Source of the DNA: Haliotis rufescens
Lineage: Eukaryota
Direction: 5' to 3'
Assembly: GCF_023055435.1 (NCBI RefSeq)
Contig: NW_025963868.1
Span: forward strand, 19,654,001 to 19,718,000
Length of the DNA: 64,000 nucleotides
Shown here: positions 38,873-52,393 of the stretch, piece by piece
Layout: every line of letters starts with the position of its first letter
Numbering within the stretch: position 1 is the first letter of the stretch
Notes under the pieces: generated by a model
Databases searched by the model: none
Told to the model about the DNA's origin: nothing
What the model saw: the letters and a program-made list of their open reading frames with translations, nothing else
Made by a program: the position numbers and the translations under genes

Positions 38873-39684
38873 CGTGAGGGTCCTGATGGGATATACTGTT
38901 AAGTACAATACAACTGAGAAAAACTATCGTTAGGGTAAGATGAATAAAATATTTATTGGAATGTCCGAAAAACTGCTTAGCGTAAGTTAATACTTTACTA
39001 TTTATCGCAAACATGTGAAAATCTCGTAAAAGTCGTATATACCTGGATCTAGTAACACAATAAAACTGTTTATAGTGTTTAGTATTTGCAAAACACACCA
39101 AATGCAGTAATGAAATAAAATCAAACAGCTGTCCCCATGTTTCCTACAGTCAGACTGAGGATATTGTGAATACTGTGTGTGTGTATGGTATGTGTGGTAT
39201 GTGTGTAGGTTGTCATATATGATGATGTATTCAAACCTGACTGATGACAGATCTCAATATCTCTATGAAACTGCTCTCTAACTGATAGTCATTAACACTG
39301 ACAAAATGGCATATGTGATTCACCGGCACACCATGGCACCGTGCCTTCTATGTAGAGTCCTTATGAATACAAGGACCACATCTTGAGTAAGTACTTCAGC
39401 TGTACCCAGTATGGGTGTATTTCCAGCTTACATGTCCACTTAGTGGATCCCCCATTCACTAACTGCTCTCCCTCCTGCACTCCCACTGACATCAAGTGCT
39501 GTTGCCAGCCATTCTAGTTCCACTCTCGGCGACTTTCCAGCATCACTTCTTTCCGATGCGGGCAGAGTTTGGTGTTACATCCGTGGGATAACATGAATAG
39601 AAGCTGCCTGGCTGACACCCTCAGGCTCCGACACAAGGATGGGCTTGTGGGATGAGGCTGTACTTGGGGAGAGAGAGAGAGAGA

Positions 39685-40247
39685 GATGCTGTCACAGTCT
39701 TGCCCTGATGCAATCACAGTCTTGCCCTGATGCTGTCACAGTCTTGCCTGGTTGCTGTCACAGTCTTGCCCAGTTGCTGTCACAGTCTTGCCCTGGTGCA
39801 GTCACAGTCTTGCCCTGATGCAGTCACAGTCTTGCCCTGATGCAGTCAGTCTTGCCCTGGTGCAGTCACAGTCTTGCCCTGATGCTGTCACAGTCTTGCC
39901 CTGATGCTGTCACAGTCTTGCCCTGATGCTGTCACAGGCTTGCCCTGATGCTGTCACAGTCTTGCCCGGTTGCTGTCACAGTCTTGCCCTGATGCTGTCA
40001 CAGTCTTGCCCTGATGCTGTCACAGTCTTGCCCTGATGCAGTCACAGTCTTGCCCTGATGCAGTCACAGTCTTGCTCTGATGCAATCAGTCTTGCCCAGT
40101 TGCTGTCACAGTCTTGCTCTGATGCTGTCACAGTCTTGCCCTGATGCAGTCAGTCTTGCCCTGGTGCAGTCACGGTCTTGCCCTGGTGCAGTCACAGTCT
40201 TGCCCTGATGCAGTCACGGCCTTGCCCTGATGCAGTCACAGTCTTGC
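39685..40247 (+). repeat. 22-bp minisatellite, about 26 copies, preceded by (GA)n
   Basis: Unit CTGATGCTGTCACAGTCTTGCC. Confidence 0.93.
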
Positions 40248-41019
40248 TAAAGGAGAGGGAGGATATGGCAGTCATTCCATCAGGGTAGATATAGATAGGG
40301 ATATCTTTAGTTGTATGAAATGGTAACAATTGTCAGTTGACCCCCATTATGGTATATCTATCACCCAAGGCTGGAATGACTACTATCCGCCTGTTCTTAA
40401 ATATAAATCAAATCAGGACGTTGGGTCACCGAAGCTTCTATTCATGAAACCGTGACTTCAGGTTGAAGAACTGGACATAACTATTTCGATAATGTTGATG
40501 TAATTTTAGTTTTCAGGTTATGTTTTGACAAATTGAACTCATGATGAACCTGTTTTCATCATGCCTTGTCTAATCCAGGCGGGACTGGCAGACCTACACC
40601 CAGTATTGTATGTGTCAATGTACAGTTATAAATACACTACTACATGACTGCCAGCGCTGGCCAGCAGTGTCTGTACACAACCATGACCACACAATGCTGG
40701 TGCTATTTTTACATCTCACCTGCCAACGAGGTCACAACACATATAGAGCTGATGAAAGCTAGTAGTAGGATGATATTATTCCTGTGAAAGTGGTAAAAAC
40801 ATAAATTATAATTTGGTAATATATTTCTTGTTCTGTATGTGGACATTTTTCTTTTATCAACAACCTGTATTTTGATATTTTTCTTGCTTTTATTTTCAGT
40901 AGATCTTAGTCTTAAGATATAGACTACTAGTGACTAAGATTATTAGGAAATTATACTCGATTTAGCTGTTGGTTGTATTACCATGGTGATTACGGGTATC
41001 TAAAATCATTTGATGTTTC

Positions 41020-41730
41020 ATAGATTCTAGTTGAACTATATTTTAATGACCATTCTATTCTACTTGGTGTCAGCCAATATATTGAGTTACGCGGGATGGG
41101 TTGAGTCAAGAGTTTTGAGTGGATTGTCAAACTGAATTGTGGAATTGCCAGCAACAGCCTTAAACCAAATAAGGTGCTGTATATGCTGTTTACAGCATAA
41201 TATTTCCCTGGAACATAGGACAGTAATTGAAAGTATGCCGTACACCAACAACCCAAGCTGACAGAAGTGGTACTCCTAAATAGGCCTACCAAAGAAAACC
41301 AGTAGAGAACAATCAAACTATGCTGGGTTTCTTTGGTAGGCCTGCTAAAGAAAACTAAACAAGCCTGACTACTACACCGCACATCACTATTATGACGTCA
41401 TATCGCTCATTGTGAACCCAAAAATATGATCTCACAGTCATATATATGATGATATATAGAAAAAAGAGCTAAATACCATGTTTTCTGCACAAAATGTATG
41501 CCACACGTCCTTGGAGTGTTGAACTGCAACTGTGTATTTTGTGATCTATGATTGTACAATCAATTATTTTAAAATGCCTACCAATGATTGAAAAAGAAGT
41601 ATGATTATTATGAATGTTCGCTGCTGCTGTGATTTGTCCATCAAACTGTCTCTTTCAGTTTATAGTGATTTGATTACCTCTGACTGACCAATCAGAAGAG
41701 TAATGTCCAAATTCAATGTAGAATAATGAT
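41020..41730. mobile_element. Old copy of the interspersed element seen at 45.8-46.6 kb
   Basis: Shares ATTATGACGTCATAT..GCTCATTGTGA, TTTTCTGCAC.AAATGTAT and CCTCTGA.TGACCAATCAGAA...TCCAAATTCA..GTAGAAT blocks with 46204-46601. Confidence 0.7.
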
Positions 41731-43048
41731 TTGGTCATGTTCATAAAATTGCTATAAGGCTGAAATTTGATTGGAATATGTTGACTGTGGACAAAGGGCA
41801 AGCCTTGTGATGAGTGAGACTGGTTGTAGGTTGTGTAACAATTAGTACATTGTTAGAGACAGGGTTGTTCCGTATGGCTGTTAATGTGCTTGTCATGCTT
41901 TTAGCGGAAACACTTGAGGCCATACTGGCAGGGGTGATACTCTCAACTGCACTGCAATGCTCAGAATAGGCACATTAACTGCGTCATTCCCTCTGATCCG
42001 GTCACAATTACTAATTGTATCACTTTGAGATTGGATTTCACTGGGAGGTTTGAAGACAGTGATGGCTGTTGAGGCTTGAAGTGACTTTTGTGTTGGTTGG
42101 TATATGGAGCAGCTAGAGTTGTTGACTGCCTGACTCCCGGGCTGGGACACATTGTACAAGACTGTTCTCAGTGACACACTCTCAGTTGGGGGGAACTACA
42201 ATGCATGGGATGAACTCAGACTAAAATCAAATATTCTCAGTGGCACTGTGTTTCCGTTGAATGCCAGACATGAATATTAATTAGAATATATTCATTAAGG
42301 ACAACAAACAATGAGGGGTGTCGGCATAGGCTATAGACTGCCCAAATTCATAATAAGTTTGATAATGTCTTTAAATGATTTTATTACATTCATAAGCCGT
42401 TCTGGAATGGTCCAGTATTTGTGAGTCAAGAGTAAGAATTATCAAGTTTAGAAAAAAAGTGATTAAAGCCTCCAAATATTGGCTCGATGAAACCTGAAGA
42501 GGTCTTTGTTATGGCCTAGCTTGTTATGAAGATAATGACTGAGTCATGTTTCTGATAGCTGAACGTTTTACTACCATTAGTGAAACAATAACTACAGGAT
42601 TCAACGGAGTGTTGTAACAAATGTCATAAAGGATGTTTTCATAATTTTGCAATCTTTTTGGATGACCATCTGTCAGTGTCCTCGAGAGGAGCTGATCAAA
42701 TACCCTGTATCATGCCGGCCATTGGTATACTGCACTGTGGCATTATGTAATATTGCACAATAGCAAAAAAAACCTCTAAAATCCAAGCAATATTCCTGTT
42801 TTTATCCTCTCATCCCCAGAGAATAAATTAAAGGAGTCCAACTCAAGTCTAGAATGATGTGCCAAGTCTAAATTGCCTCAGCTCGAGGCTGAATTTAAGG
42901 ATTGTTCTAGGCTCCATTTGGATTTAAATATTTATATTTTGTTGGTATATATTTATAAATAAGATAACTTTATTTCCAGGACTAAATGTCAGCCTATGGT
43001 TCTTGCTGTACTTAATGACAGTTAACAACTTCCTTTTCTCTGTTTTAG

Positions 43049-43234
43049 CGTCTCGGAATGAGATCCGTGTATATCCTTGGCATTCACTGGTTCCCTTTCT
43101 GACCAATACGGGACCAGCTGTTCCAGCAACCCCCCCAAATGGAGCAAGTCACCCGCCCCCACAGCCAGCCACCCCACCCCCTGTTGTTAGCAAACAGGAA
43201 CCTCCTCAAACGACTCCAGGAGTGGTGGAAACAT
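43049..43234 (+). CDS. CIC: Capicua exon with N1 (ATXN1-binding) motif
   Basis: ttttAG/GTGAGT, phase 1/1. VYPWHSLVPFL motif. Confidence 0.93.
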
Positions 43235-43398
43235 GTGAGTAATATGTATATGCACTTGATAACAAATAATCAGTTGAATGACTGCTCACATAGCTGCTCA
43301 AGGTATTGAGATTTGCAAGTATGAATGAATATAGTCACAGCTATCTGACAAGATGGTTGCCTGATAATCCATAAGAGTTGATGAAGTGATTGTTGTGT

Positions 43399-45556
43399 GG
43401 TCAGTGATACTGGTCAATGATACTGGGTCAGTGATACTGGACAGTGATACTGGGTCAGTGATACTGGGTCAGTGATACTGGGGCAGTGACACTGGGGCAG
43501 TGACACTGGTCCGTGATACTGGGTCAGTGATACTGGGTCAGTGATACTGGGACAGTGATACTGGGTCAGTGATACTGGGTCAGTGACACTGGGGCAGTGA
43601 CACTGGTCCGTGATACTGGGTCAGTGATACTGGGGCGGTGATACTGGACAGTGATGCTGGACAGTGATACTGGGACAGTGATACTGGTCCGTGATACTAG
43701 GGCAGTGATACTGGGTCAATGATACTGGGTCAGTGATACTGGACAGTGATACTGGGTCAGTGATACTGGGTCAGTGATACTGGGACAGGGATACTGGTCC
43801 GTGATACTGGGGCAGTGATACTGGGTCAGTGATACTCGACAGTGATACTAGGGCAGTGACACTGGGTCAGTGATACTGGTCCTTGATACTGGACAGTGAT
43901 ACTGGACAGTGATACTAGGGCAGTGACACTGGGTCAGTGATACTGGACAGTGATACTGGGTCAATGATATTGGACTGTGATACTGGGTCAGTGATACTGG
44001 GGCAGTGATACTGGTCAGTGAAACTGGTCCGTGATACTGGGGAAGTGATACTGGGGCAGGGATACTGGGGCAGGGATACTGGGACAGGGATACTGGGGCA
44101 GTGATACTGGTCCGTGATAGTTTGGCAGTGATACTGGTCAGTGATACTGGGGCAGTGATACTGGTCCGTGATACTGGTGCAGTGATACTGATCAATGATA
44201 CTGGGGCAGTGATACTGGTCCGTGATACTGGGGCAGTGATACTGGTCCGTGATACTGGGTCAGTGATACTGGTCAGTGATACTGGGTCAGTGATACTGGG
44301 TCAGTGATACTGGGTCAGTGATACTGGACAATGATACTGAACTGTGATACTGGGGCAGTGATACTGGTCAGTGATACTGGGGCAGTGATACTGGTCCGTG
44401 ATACTGGGGCAGCGATACTGGGGCAGTGATACTGGGACAGTGATACTGGTCCGTGATACTGGTCCGTGATACTGGGGCAGTGATACTGGACAGTGATACT
44501 GGGTCAGTGATACTGGTCAGTGATACTGGACTGTGATACTTGGGCAGTGATACTGGGACAGTGATACTGGGACAGTGATACTGGGTCAATGATACTGGGT
44601 CAGTGATACTGGGTCAGTGATACTGGTCCGTGATACTGGGTCAGTGATACTGGGTCAGTGATACTGGGACAGTGATACTGGACTGTGATACTGGGGCAGT
44701 GATACTGGTCAGTGATACTGGGGCAGTGATACTGGTCCGTGATACTGGGGCAGCGATACTGGGGCAGTGATACTGGGACAGTGATACTGGTCCGTGATAC
44801 TGGTCCGTGATACTGGGTCAGTGATACTGGACAGTGATACTGGGTCAGTGATACTGGTCAGTGATACTGGACTGTGATACTTGGGCAGTGATACTGGGTC
44901 AGTGATACTGGGACAGTGATACTGGGTCAATGATACTGGGTCAGTGATACTGGGTCAGTGATACTGGACAGTGATACTGAACTGTGATACTGGGGCAGTG
45001 ATACTGGTCAGTGATACTGGGGCAGTGATACTGGTCCGTGATACTGGGGCAGCGATACTGGGGCAGTGATACTGGGACAGTGATACTGGTCCGTGATACT
45101 GGGGCAGTGATACTGGACAGTGATACTGGGTCAGTGATACTGGTCAGTGATACTGGACTGTGATACTTGGGCAGTGATACTGGGTCAGTGATACTGGGAC
45201 AGTGATACTGGGTCAATGATACTGGGTCAGTGATACTGGATCAGTGATACTGGTCCGTGATACTGGGTCAGTGATACTGGGTCAGTGATACTGGGACAGT
45301 GATACTGGGTCCGTGATACTGGTCAGTGATACTGGACTGTGATACTGGGGCAGTGATACTGGGGCAGTGATACTGGGGCAGTGATACTGGGTCAGTGATA
45401 CTGGTCCGTGATACTGGGTCAGTGATACTGGGACAGTGATACTGGGTCCGTGATACTGGTCAGTGATACTGGACTGTGATACTGGGGCAGTGATACTGGG
45501 GCAGTGATACTGGACAGTGATACTGGACTGTGATATTTGGGCAGTGATACTGGTCA
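43399..45556 (+). repeat. 13-14-bp minisatellite, about 150 copies
   Basis: Core CAGTGATACTGG with variable linker. Internal block duplications of about 341 and about 232-286 bp are visible in the ORF track. Confidence 0.95.
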
Positions 45557-46895
45557 GGTCCACTCAAATCAAACAATGCAGATTCAAGCCCACTCAAATC
45601 ATACAATGCAGGTTCAAGCCCACTCAAATCAAACAATGCAGGTTCAATCCCACTCATATCAAACAATGCAGGTTCAAGCCCACTCAAATCAAACAATGCA
45701 AGTTCAAGCCCACTTAAATCAAACAATGCAGGTTCAGTTCCACTCAAATCAAACAATTAGGAGATAAACATACTGTGTTTTCAATGTAGAGCTAGGTTAC
45801 CTGTAGATTTAACCCCGCTAAATTGAATTTGAGGTTTCAAATGTGAAATTTAGCGCGGTTAAATCTACAGGTAACCTAGCTCTACATTGAAAACACAGTA
45901 TGTTTATCTCCATTCTAGCATGACTAAATAAAACGCGAACTCTTTGGTGTTAGCGGAGTGAGTGAAGCGTCACGGGTTTGGTCCAGTGTTTTGAGTGGGT
46001 TGTTGATCTGAATTACGGAATCACCAAACAAAACATGGTGCTGTATATACTCAAGCAGTTTGTTTACACAGTAATACTTCACTCGAACATATGACAAGGC
46101 ATTGAAAGCATATAAGCACGGCAACTTGGTAAGCTAACATGAGGTGGGCATCCCTACAGAAAACAAAGCAAGCTTTGCAAGACTTTCGCACCCCATTGCA
46201 CGTCACCATTATGACGTCATATTGCTCATTGTGACGCAAAAGATATGACATCACAGTCGTATATAGAAAAGCGCAAAAATTCCAAGCTCTCTGTTGTCTC
46301 CAAAATGTAAAAACATTCCCTTTGTAGATTTCTGTCATATTTTTCTGCACGAAATGTATTGCCACACAACCTTTGAATATTGTAGTAACCGCATCTGTGC
46401 ATTTTGTAACCTGTAATTGTAGATATAATTATTTAAATATGCCTACCGACAATGACTGAAAATAGTACTATTCTATGAATATTAGCTTCCGCGGTGATGC
46501 GGCCATCAAACCAGCTGTTTCAATCAGAGGGGGTTTATTGTGATTTAATAGCCTCTGATTGACCAATCAGAATCGAGTAAATTCCAAATTCATGGTAGAA
46601 TGCAGGTTCAATCCCACTCAAATCAAACAATGCAGGTCCAAGCCCACTCAAATGAAACAATGCAGATTAAAGCCCACTCAAGTCAAACAATGCAGGTTCA
46701 ATCACACTCAAATAATACAATGCAGGTTCAAGCTCACTCAAATGAAACAATGCAGATTAAAGCCCACTCAAGTTAAACAATGCAGGTTCAATCACACTCA
46801 AATAATAAAATGCAGGTTCAAGCCCACTCAAAATCAAACAATGCAAGTTCAAGCCCACTGAAATCAAACAATGCAGGTTCAATCCCACTCAAATC
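45557..46895 (+). repeat. 30-bp minisatellite split by an about 840-bp insertion
   Basis: Unit CACTCAAATCAAACAATGCAGGTTCAAGCC at 45557-45757 and 46601-46895. Confidence 0.9.
45758..46600. mobile_element. Non-autonomous DNA element with a 65-bp terminal palindrome (Crypton-like by inference)
   Basis: Arms 45760-45824 and 45847-45911 (1 mismatch, 22-nt loop). Subterminal inverted match CATTCTAGCATGA / TCATGGTAGAATG. Interrupts an array and has a homolog at 41 kb. Confidence 0.7.
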
Positions 46896-46919
46896 ATCCA
46901 AAACAGGTTCAAGCCTTAC

Positions 46920-47135
46920 TCAAAGATCTAGCAGAAATATAAGTGTGTGTGTGTGTTTGTTATAGTCCTGGCAAAGATCTAGCAGAAATACAAGTGTATG
47001 TCTGTCTGTTGTATTCCTGGCAAAGATCTAGCAGAAATACAAGTGTATGTCTGTCTGTTGTACTCCTGACAAAGATCCAGCAGAAATACAAGTATATGTC
47101 TGTCTGTTGTACTCCTGGCAAAGATCTAGCAGAAG
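46920..47135 (+). repeat. About 49-bp tandem repeat, 4-5 copies
   Basis: Unit TCCTGGCAAAGATCTAGCAGAAATACAAGTGTATGTCTGTCTGTTGTA(T/C). Confidence 0.85.
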
Positions 47136-47231
47136 CAGCAAGTGTGTGCTTGTTGTGCTGGGTGTATGGCTTGGTGCTTGTTGTGGTTGGTGTATGGCTG
47201 AAAGTGTAAACAGCCCATACTTTTCTTCCAG

Positions 47232-47392
47232 CTTTCAAGGTGGATGATGACATAGATGAGGATGATGACGATGTTTTTGAACCTGCACCAATTGATTCAC
47301 CCAAAAAGTTGAATGCCAGGTCCCCAACCAAGAGACGTACTCAGTCCCTGAGTGCTCTGAAGGACAAGGAGGAGCCGCGCAGCCCACGCAAG
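47232..47392 (+). CDS. CIC: Capicua exon with 14-3-3 site
   Basis: ttcttccAG/GTAGGA, phase 1/0. DDDDVF and [10 protein letters not shown] motifs. Confidence 0.93.
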
Positions 47393-48066
47393 GTAGGATA
47401 GCATCGTCACCAGCTTACTGTCACATGTAGCAAGGTAGGATAGCATCGTCACCAGCTTACTGGCACATGTAGCAAGGTAGGATAGCATCGTCACCAGCTT
47501 ACTGGCACATGTAGCAAGGTAGGATAGCATCGTCACCAGCTTACTGTCACATGTAGCAAGGTAGGATAGCATCGTCACCAGCTTACTGGCACATGTAGCA
47601 AGGTAGGATAGCATCGTCACCAGCTTACTGTCACATGTAGCAAGGTAGGAGAGCATCGTCACCAGCTTACTGGCACATGTAGCAAGGTAGGATAGCATCG
47701 TCACCAGCTTACTGGCACATGTAGCAAGGTAGGAGAGCATCGTCACCAGCTTACTGGCACATGTAGCAAGGTAGGAGAGCATCATCACCAGCTTACTGGC
47801 ACATGTAGCAAGGTAGGATAGCATCGTCACCAGCTTACTGTCACATGTAGCAAGGTAGGATAGCATCGTCACCAGCTTACTGGCACATGTAGCAAGGTAG
47901 GATAGCATCGTCACCAGCTTACTGGCACATGTAGCAAGGTAGGATAGCATCGTCACCAGCTTACTGGCACATGTAGCAAGGTAGGATAGCATCGTCACCA
48001 GCTTACTGTCACATGTAGCAAGGTAGGAGAGCATCATCACCAGCTTACTGGCACATGTAGCAAGGT
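47388..48066 (+). repeat. 42-bp minisatellite containing a CIC splice donor (16 full copies)
   Basis: Unit GCAAG|GTAGGATAGCATCGTCACCAGCTTACTG(T/G)CACATGTA. Confidence 0.95.
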
Positions 48067-48523
48067 CATAATCTTGGAACTAAGTTAAGATCCATCTTTA
48101 TAAATTTGAATTTTAGTCTTAACTGTGTACATCACATAATATACTTTGAATCCTTGAATGTCAAACAAAGGCCAGATGTGTTGTTGGTAGGACTAGCAGG
48201 CATCAAATTCTGTCGGAATGACAAAAGAGGAAAAGAATGCTAATTCTAGTTTTGTGAATGTACTTATAGAGTTTTGTCTGTCTACAATACAATAAGGTTG
48301 GTGGTAGGCATGTTTGAGAAAGTATACCTCAACAAGTGGTAATGTAAAATATTAGTCCACTCAACCACACATTTTGTAGTTTGACAACGGATGTAAGACT
48401 TGGGTATTTTCTTCACATTAAGCTGATGCCCATGTTATTTTTTAAACACTGTTCAAGGTGGTGTTATACCAGACTTACTCAACAAGGTTACTCCTTTGTC
48501 TTTTGGATAACTGATCATGCTGA

Positions 48524-49097
48524 TGAGATCTCAGGTCTCCTTAAAATCAGATCTTAGTTCTCGCTACCGCTAAACAATCTGAGGACATCTTATTACGGGT
48601 CAAGTAAGAACGACCTTTCATCCGACCAATCAGAGCATCACTCACCAGGTCAAGAAAGTGACAATCAGAATGAGGTTTTCATGCAACAAGTGTACCTTGA
48701 AAAGGTTAACAGTGGGTATTTTGAATGACAGTTACGGGCAGATCATATACTATTATCTATCTCTCGCTTCAATGGGCTATACATGTAAATGGAAGAGACT
48801 TTCATAGCCTGCGGGAAGTACTGCCATGCAACATCGACCATCTAATAGACATTCAGAATGTTCTTTTCTTCAAAATATTTTTCAAAGTGTAGTCTGGAAT
48901 GGAAGCCGCCAGTGTGAAACACTACAAGACAAGCTGCTTTCTGATTGATTGTTGTTGACTTCTTGTTCGTCATTTCATTTGTCGGTCAAAATTCACGAAA
49001 GGTCATTCTGATGTGATCTGTAGTGGGATGTCCTCAGATGTTTGTTTAGCAGCAGCAAGAACTAACATCTGATTTTAATGAGATTGATGGGATCTCA
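48524..49097. mobile_element. MITE-like element with about 80-bp imperfect terminal inverted repeats
   Basis: 48524-48602 is the imperfect reverse complement of 49014-49097 (TTAAAATCAGAT.TTAGTTCT, TCTGAGGACATC). Confidence 0.7.
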
Positions 49098-49365
49098 AGA
49101 CCTCAATCAGAAAATAAGATAAACATCTTTGATGCAAAAAGTAGAAAGACAAAACAAACAAAAAGGTACCTGTTTACCTTTTGATCACATAAAGGTATCG
49201 GATGCATTGTGGTAACCTGTGCAGTTGCTGTCACACAGATCAAGGCCTTCCCTCTACATACCTGACCAACCACACCACTACATGCCAAGTGTATATGTTT
49301 TTGAGCTACATAATTTTGTTTTTGTTTCAACATACCCAAGCTAACATCTGTAACCCATGAAATAG

Positions 49366-49614
<249 letters not shown>

Positions 49615-49877
49615 TGATATGGCTCTGTTCTTTAGCTACTAATACCACTGTTGCAGGTTTAGATCACATTGTTCATGTGGAACTGGTGGAGTTCTGGTGT
49701 ATAAAGGTATAAGAGATCTGTGTGTACAATCAAGTGAGTTCATTGGTTGTGCTTCAATGATCAACAGCAAGTCTGCAGCAGATTATTTGGCTAAAAAAAC
49801 TAGGGTTGGTGGTGTATGATATTTGCATTATACCATTGAAAAGTTTTCACCATTATATTTTTGTCAAAATGTCTTTT

Positions 49878-50040
49878 GGGGCGGTGGGGTAGCCCAGTGG
49901 GTAAAGCATTCGCTCTTCACGTCGAAGACACAGTTCGATTCCCCACATGTTTACAATGTGTGAAGCTCATTTCTGGTGTCCCCACACTGGGATATTGCTT
50001 GAATATTGCCAAAAGCTGGGTAAAACCATACTCAATCACT
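49878..50040 (+). mobile_element. tRNA-derived SINE (family B)
   Basis: A-box TAGCCCAGTGG, B-box GTTCGATTCCC, and a tail GAATATTGC...AAACCATACTCAATCACT related to the family A tail. Confidence 0.75.
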
Positions 50041-50062
50041 ATATGGTTGGGTTTTTTACCAG

Positions 50063-50216
50063 GTGAAAGAGGCCCACTTCAAGGCGCATCCAGATTGGAA
50101 GTGGTGTTCCAAGGACAGAAAGCGGTCTAGCACAATTGCAGCGACCTTGAAACAAAGGGGAGGTAACCGACGTCTGAGTTCAACTGATGACCTCTCTGAA
50201 GCAGTTGGAGACATAG
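50063..50216 (+). CDS. CIC: Capicua HMG-box exon 2
   Basis: [22 protein letters not shown]. Donor GTGAAT, phase 0/1. Confidence 0.95.
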
Positions 50217-50322
50217 GTGAATACTGAACTTTACAAGCAAGGTGTCAGGGTGACTATCAGTAAGCGTAATGGAGTAAGAGGTTATTTATTCCACACCTGA
50301 TAACCCAGTTGATGATTTCTTA

Positions 50323-50920
50323 TACAGTAGAACACGGATATAATGAAGACGGATACAACAAAATGTTACAAAATCCCCGATTTATCTCCTATATATAATA
50401 TTTACGTACATAACAAACTCTCCACAGGGAACTAATGTATATTACGAACTGATATCTGATCCCTGACAAGCCCAAATGCCACGAATCAGTGACGTGTGTA
50501 GCGAACTGAGAAATCTCACTCAGTGTCACTGACAATGAGCGGCAAATCAACACAATCAAACTTGTTAAACTTGCTTTATGTTAATCTTAGTATTCTTACC
50601 CGTACACAAAATTTGACTAATCTTGTCTGTAAAACAAACATTAAACCAGCAAAACGGGTCCAGAGCAAAATCACCGACTTTCTATAAAGAAGAGACTAAA
50701 ATCAAGGTTCTGAAAAGGTTAAGAATTTAATGTCATTAAATGAATGTTATGAAATGCTAACAATTGAATGCTAAGAAGTGATCACTGTTGATACAAGTCA
50801 ATGCTGCAATTACGTGTATTGTGTTTTGTTTTATCCAAGATGGCGGATGTCTCAGAGGGGAAATGTATATAACGAACTGATTTCTCCGTTCCCTTGTAGT
50901 TCGTTATATCCATCTTCTGT
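50323..50920. mobile_element. Decayed pogo/Tigger-like MITE
   Basis: TACAGTAGAACACGGATATAA start, matching TTCGTTATATCCATCTTCT end, and internal TAACGAACT repeats. Confidence 0.5.
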
Positions 50921-51244
50921 CATCTCAATTACTGCCGATTGTCCAGAACAATGCAAAGAAATAAATCTATAATTTATTTAAAATTTGGATTTTTTTGTAG
51001 CTCTTATATTCTTAAATTGAGAGGTATTTTGACATTGTATTATGAGATTGCATTCAATGCAATAATATGAAATAACCATTAAAACTTATTCCTCTTTATT
51101 GATCCTGTTATCAGTGAAGTACAGGTCACCTCTGCAAAGCCAAAATTAGTTATTAGTTATTAACTGAATCGGGAAATTTGTCATTCCAATTTGTCGGCCT
51201 TTGAGCAGGTCCAGATAAGTCCCTGCAATGTTGCCTTTGTGCTG

Positions 51245-52193
51245 GTCTTGTTAGTCTGGAGTTGTGAGTACAGGTTGTCTTGTTAGCCCAGATCTTGTTA
51301 GTCTGGAGTTGTGAGTACAGGTTGTCTTGTTAGCCCAGATCTTGTTAGTCTGGAGTTGTCAGTACAGCTTGTCTTATTAGCCCAGATCTTGTTAGTCTGA
51401 GTTGTCAGTACAGGTTGTCTTGTTAGCCCAGATCTTGTTAGTCTGGAGTTGTCATTACAGGTTGTCTTGTTAGCCCAGATCTTGTTAGTCTGGAGTTGTC
51501 ACTACAGCTTGTCTTGTTAGCCCAGATCTTGTTAGTCTGGAGTTGTCATTACAGGTTGTCTTGTTAGCCCAGATCTTGTTAGTCTGGAGTTGTCATTACA
51601 GGTTGTCTTGTTAGCCCAGATCTTGTTAGTCTGGAGTTGTCATTACAGGTTGTCTTGTTAGCCCAGATCTTGTTAGTCTGAGTTGTCAGTACAGGTTGTC
51701 TTGTTAGCCCAGATCTTGTTAGTCTGGAGTTGTCATTACAGGTTGTCTTGTTAGCCCAGATCTTGTTAGTCTGGAGTTGTCACTACAGCTTGTCTTGTTA
51801 GCCCAGATCTTGTTAGTCTGGAGTTGTCATTACAGGTTGTCTTGTTAGCCCAGATCTTGTTAGTCTGGAGTTGTCATTACAGGTTGTCTTGTTAGCCCAG
51901 ATCTTGTTAGTCTGGAGTTGTCATTACAGGTTGTCTTGTTAGCCCAGATCTTGTTAGTCTGGAGTTGTCATTACAGGTTGTCTTGTTAGCCCAGATCTTG
52001 TTAGTCTGAGTTGTTAGTACAGCTTGTCTTGTTAGCCCAGATCTTGTTAGTCTGGAGTTGTCATTACAGCTTGTCTTGTTAGCCCAGATCTTGTTAGTCT
52101 GGAGTTGTCATTACAGCTTGTCTTGTTAGCCCAGATCTTGTTAGTCTGGAGTTGTCAGTTCAGCTTGTCTTGTTAGCCCAGATCTTGTTAGTC
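51245..52193 (+). repeat. 47-bp minisatellite, about 20 copies
   Basis: Unit GATCTTGTTAGTCTGGAGTTGTCATTACAGGTTGTCTTGTTAGCCCA (TCTTGTTAG occurs twice per unit). Confidence 0.95.
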
Positions 52194-52393
52194 CAGAAAC
52201 TTGCTTGAGCACATAGGATTTTTTTTCTGTGATATGTTGTTGAGTTCATCTGGAAAAACTGTTGAATGTGGTGTGCACAGCTGTATGTGGACGTAGAGTG
52301 TACAGCTGTATCTGGACGTAGAGTGTACAGCTGTATGTAGTGTGTACAGCTGTATGTAGACGCAGTGTGTACATCGGCTTGATGTGTTGGCAG

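Noticed and set aside
47297-48040. 247-aa minus-strand ORF of 14-aa repeats
   Set aside because: Antisense reading of the 42-bp donor array; no independent coding evidence.
48518-48550. CTGATGAG followed by a short stem, resembling a hammerhead ribozyme core
   Set aside because: No GAAA after the stem. The sequence is the terminus of a MITE-like inverted repeat.
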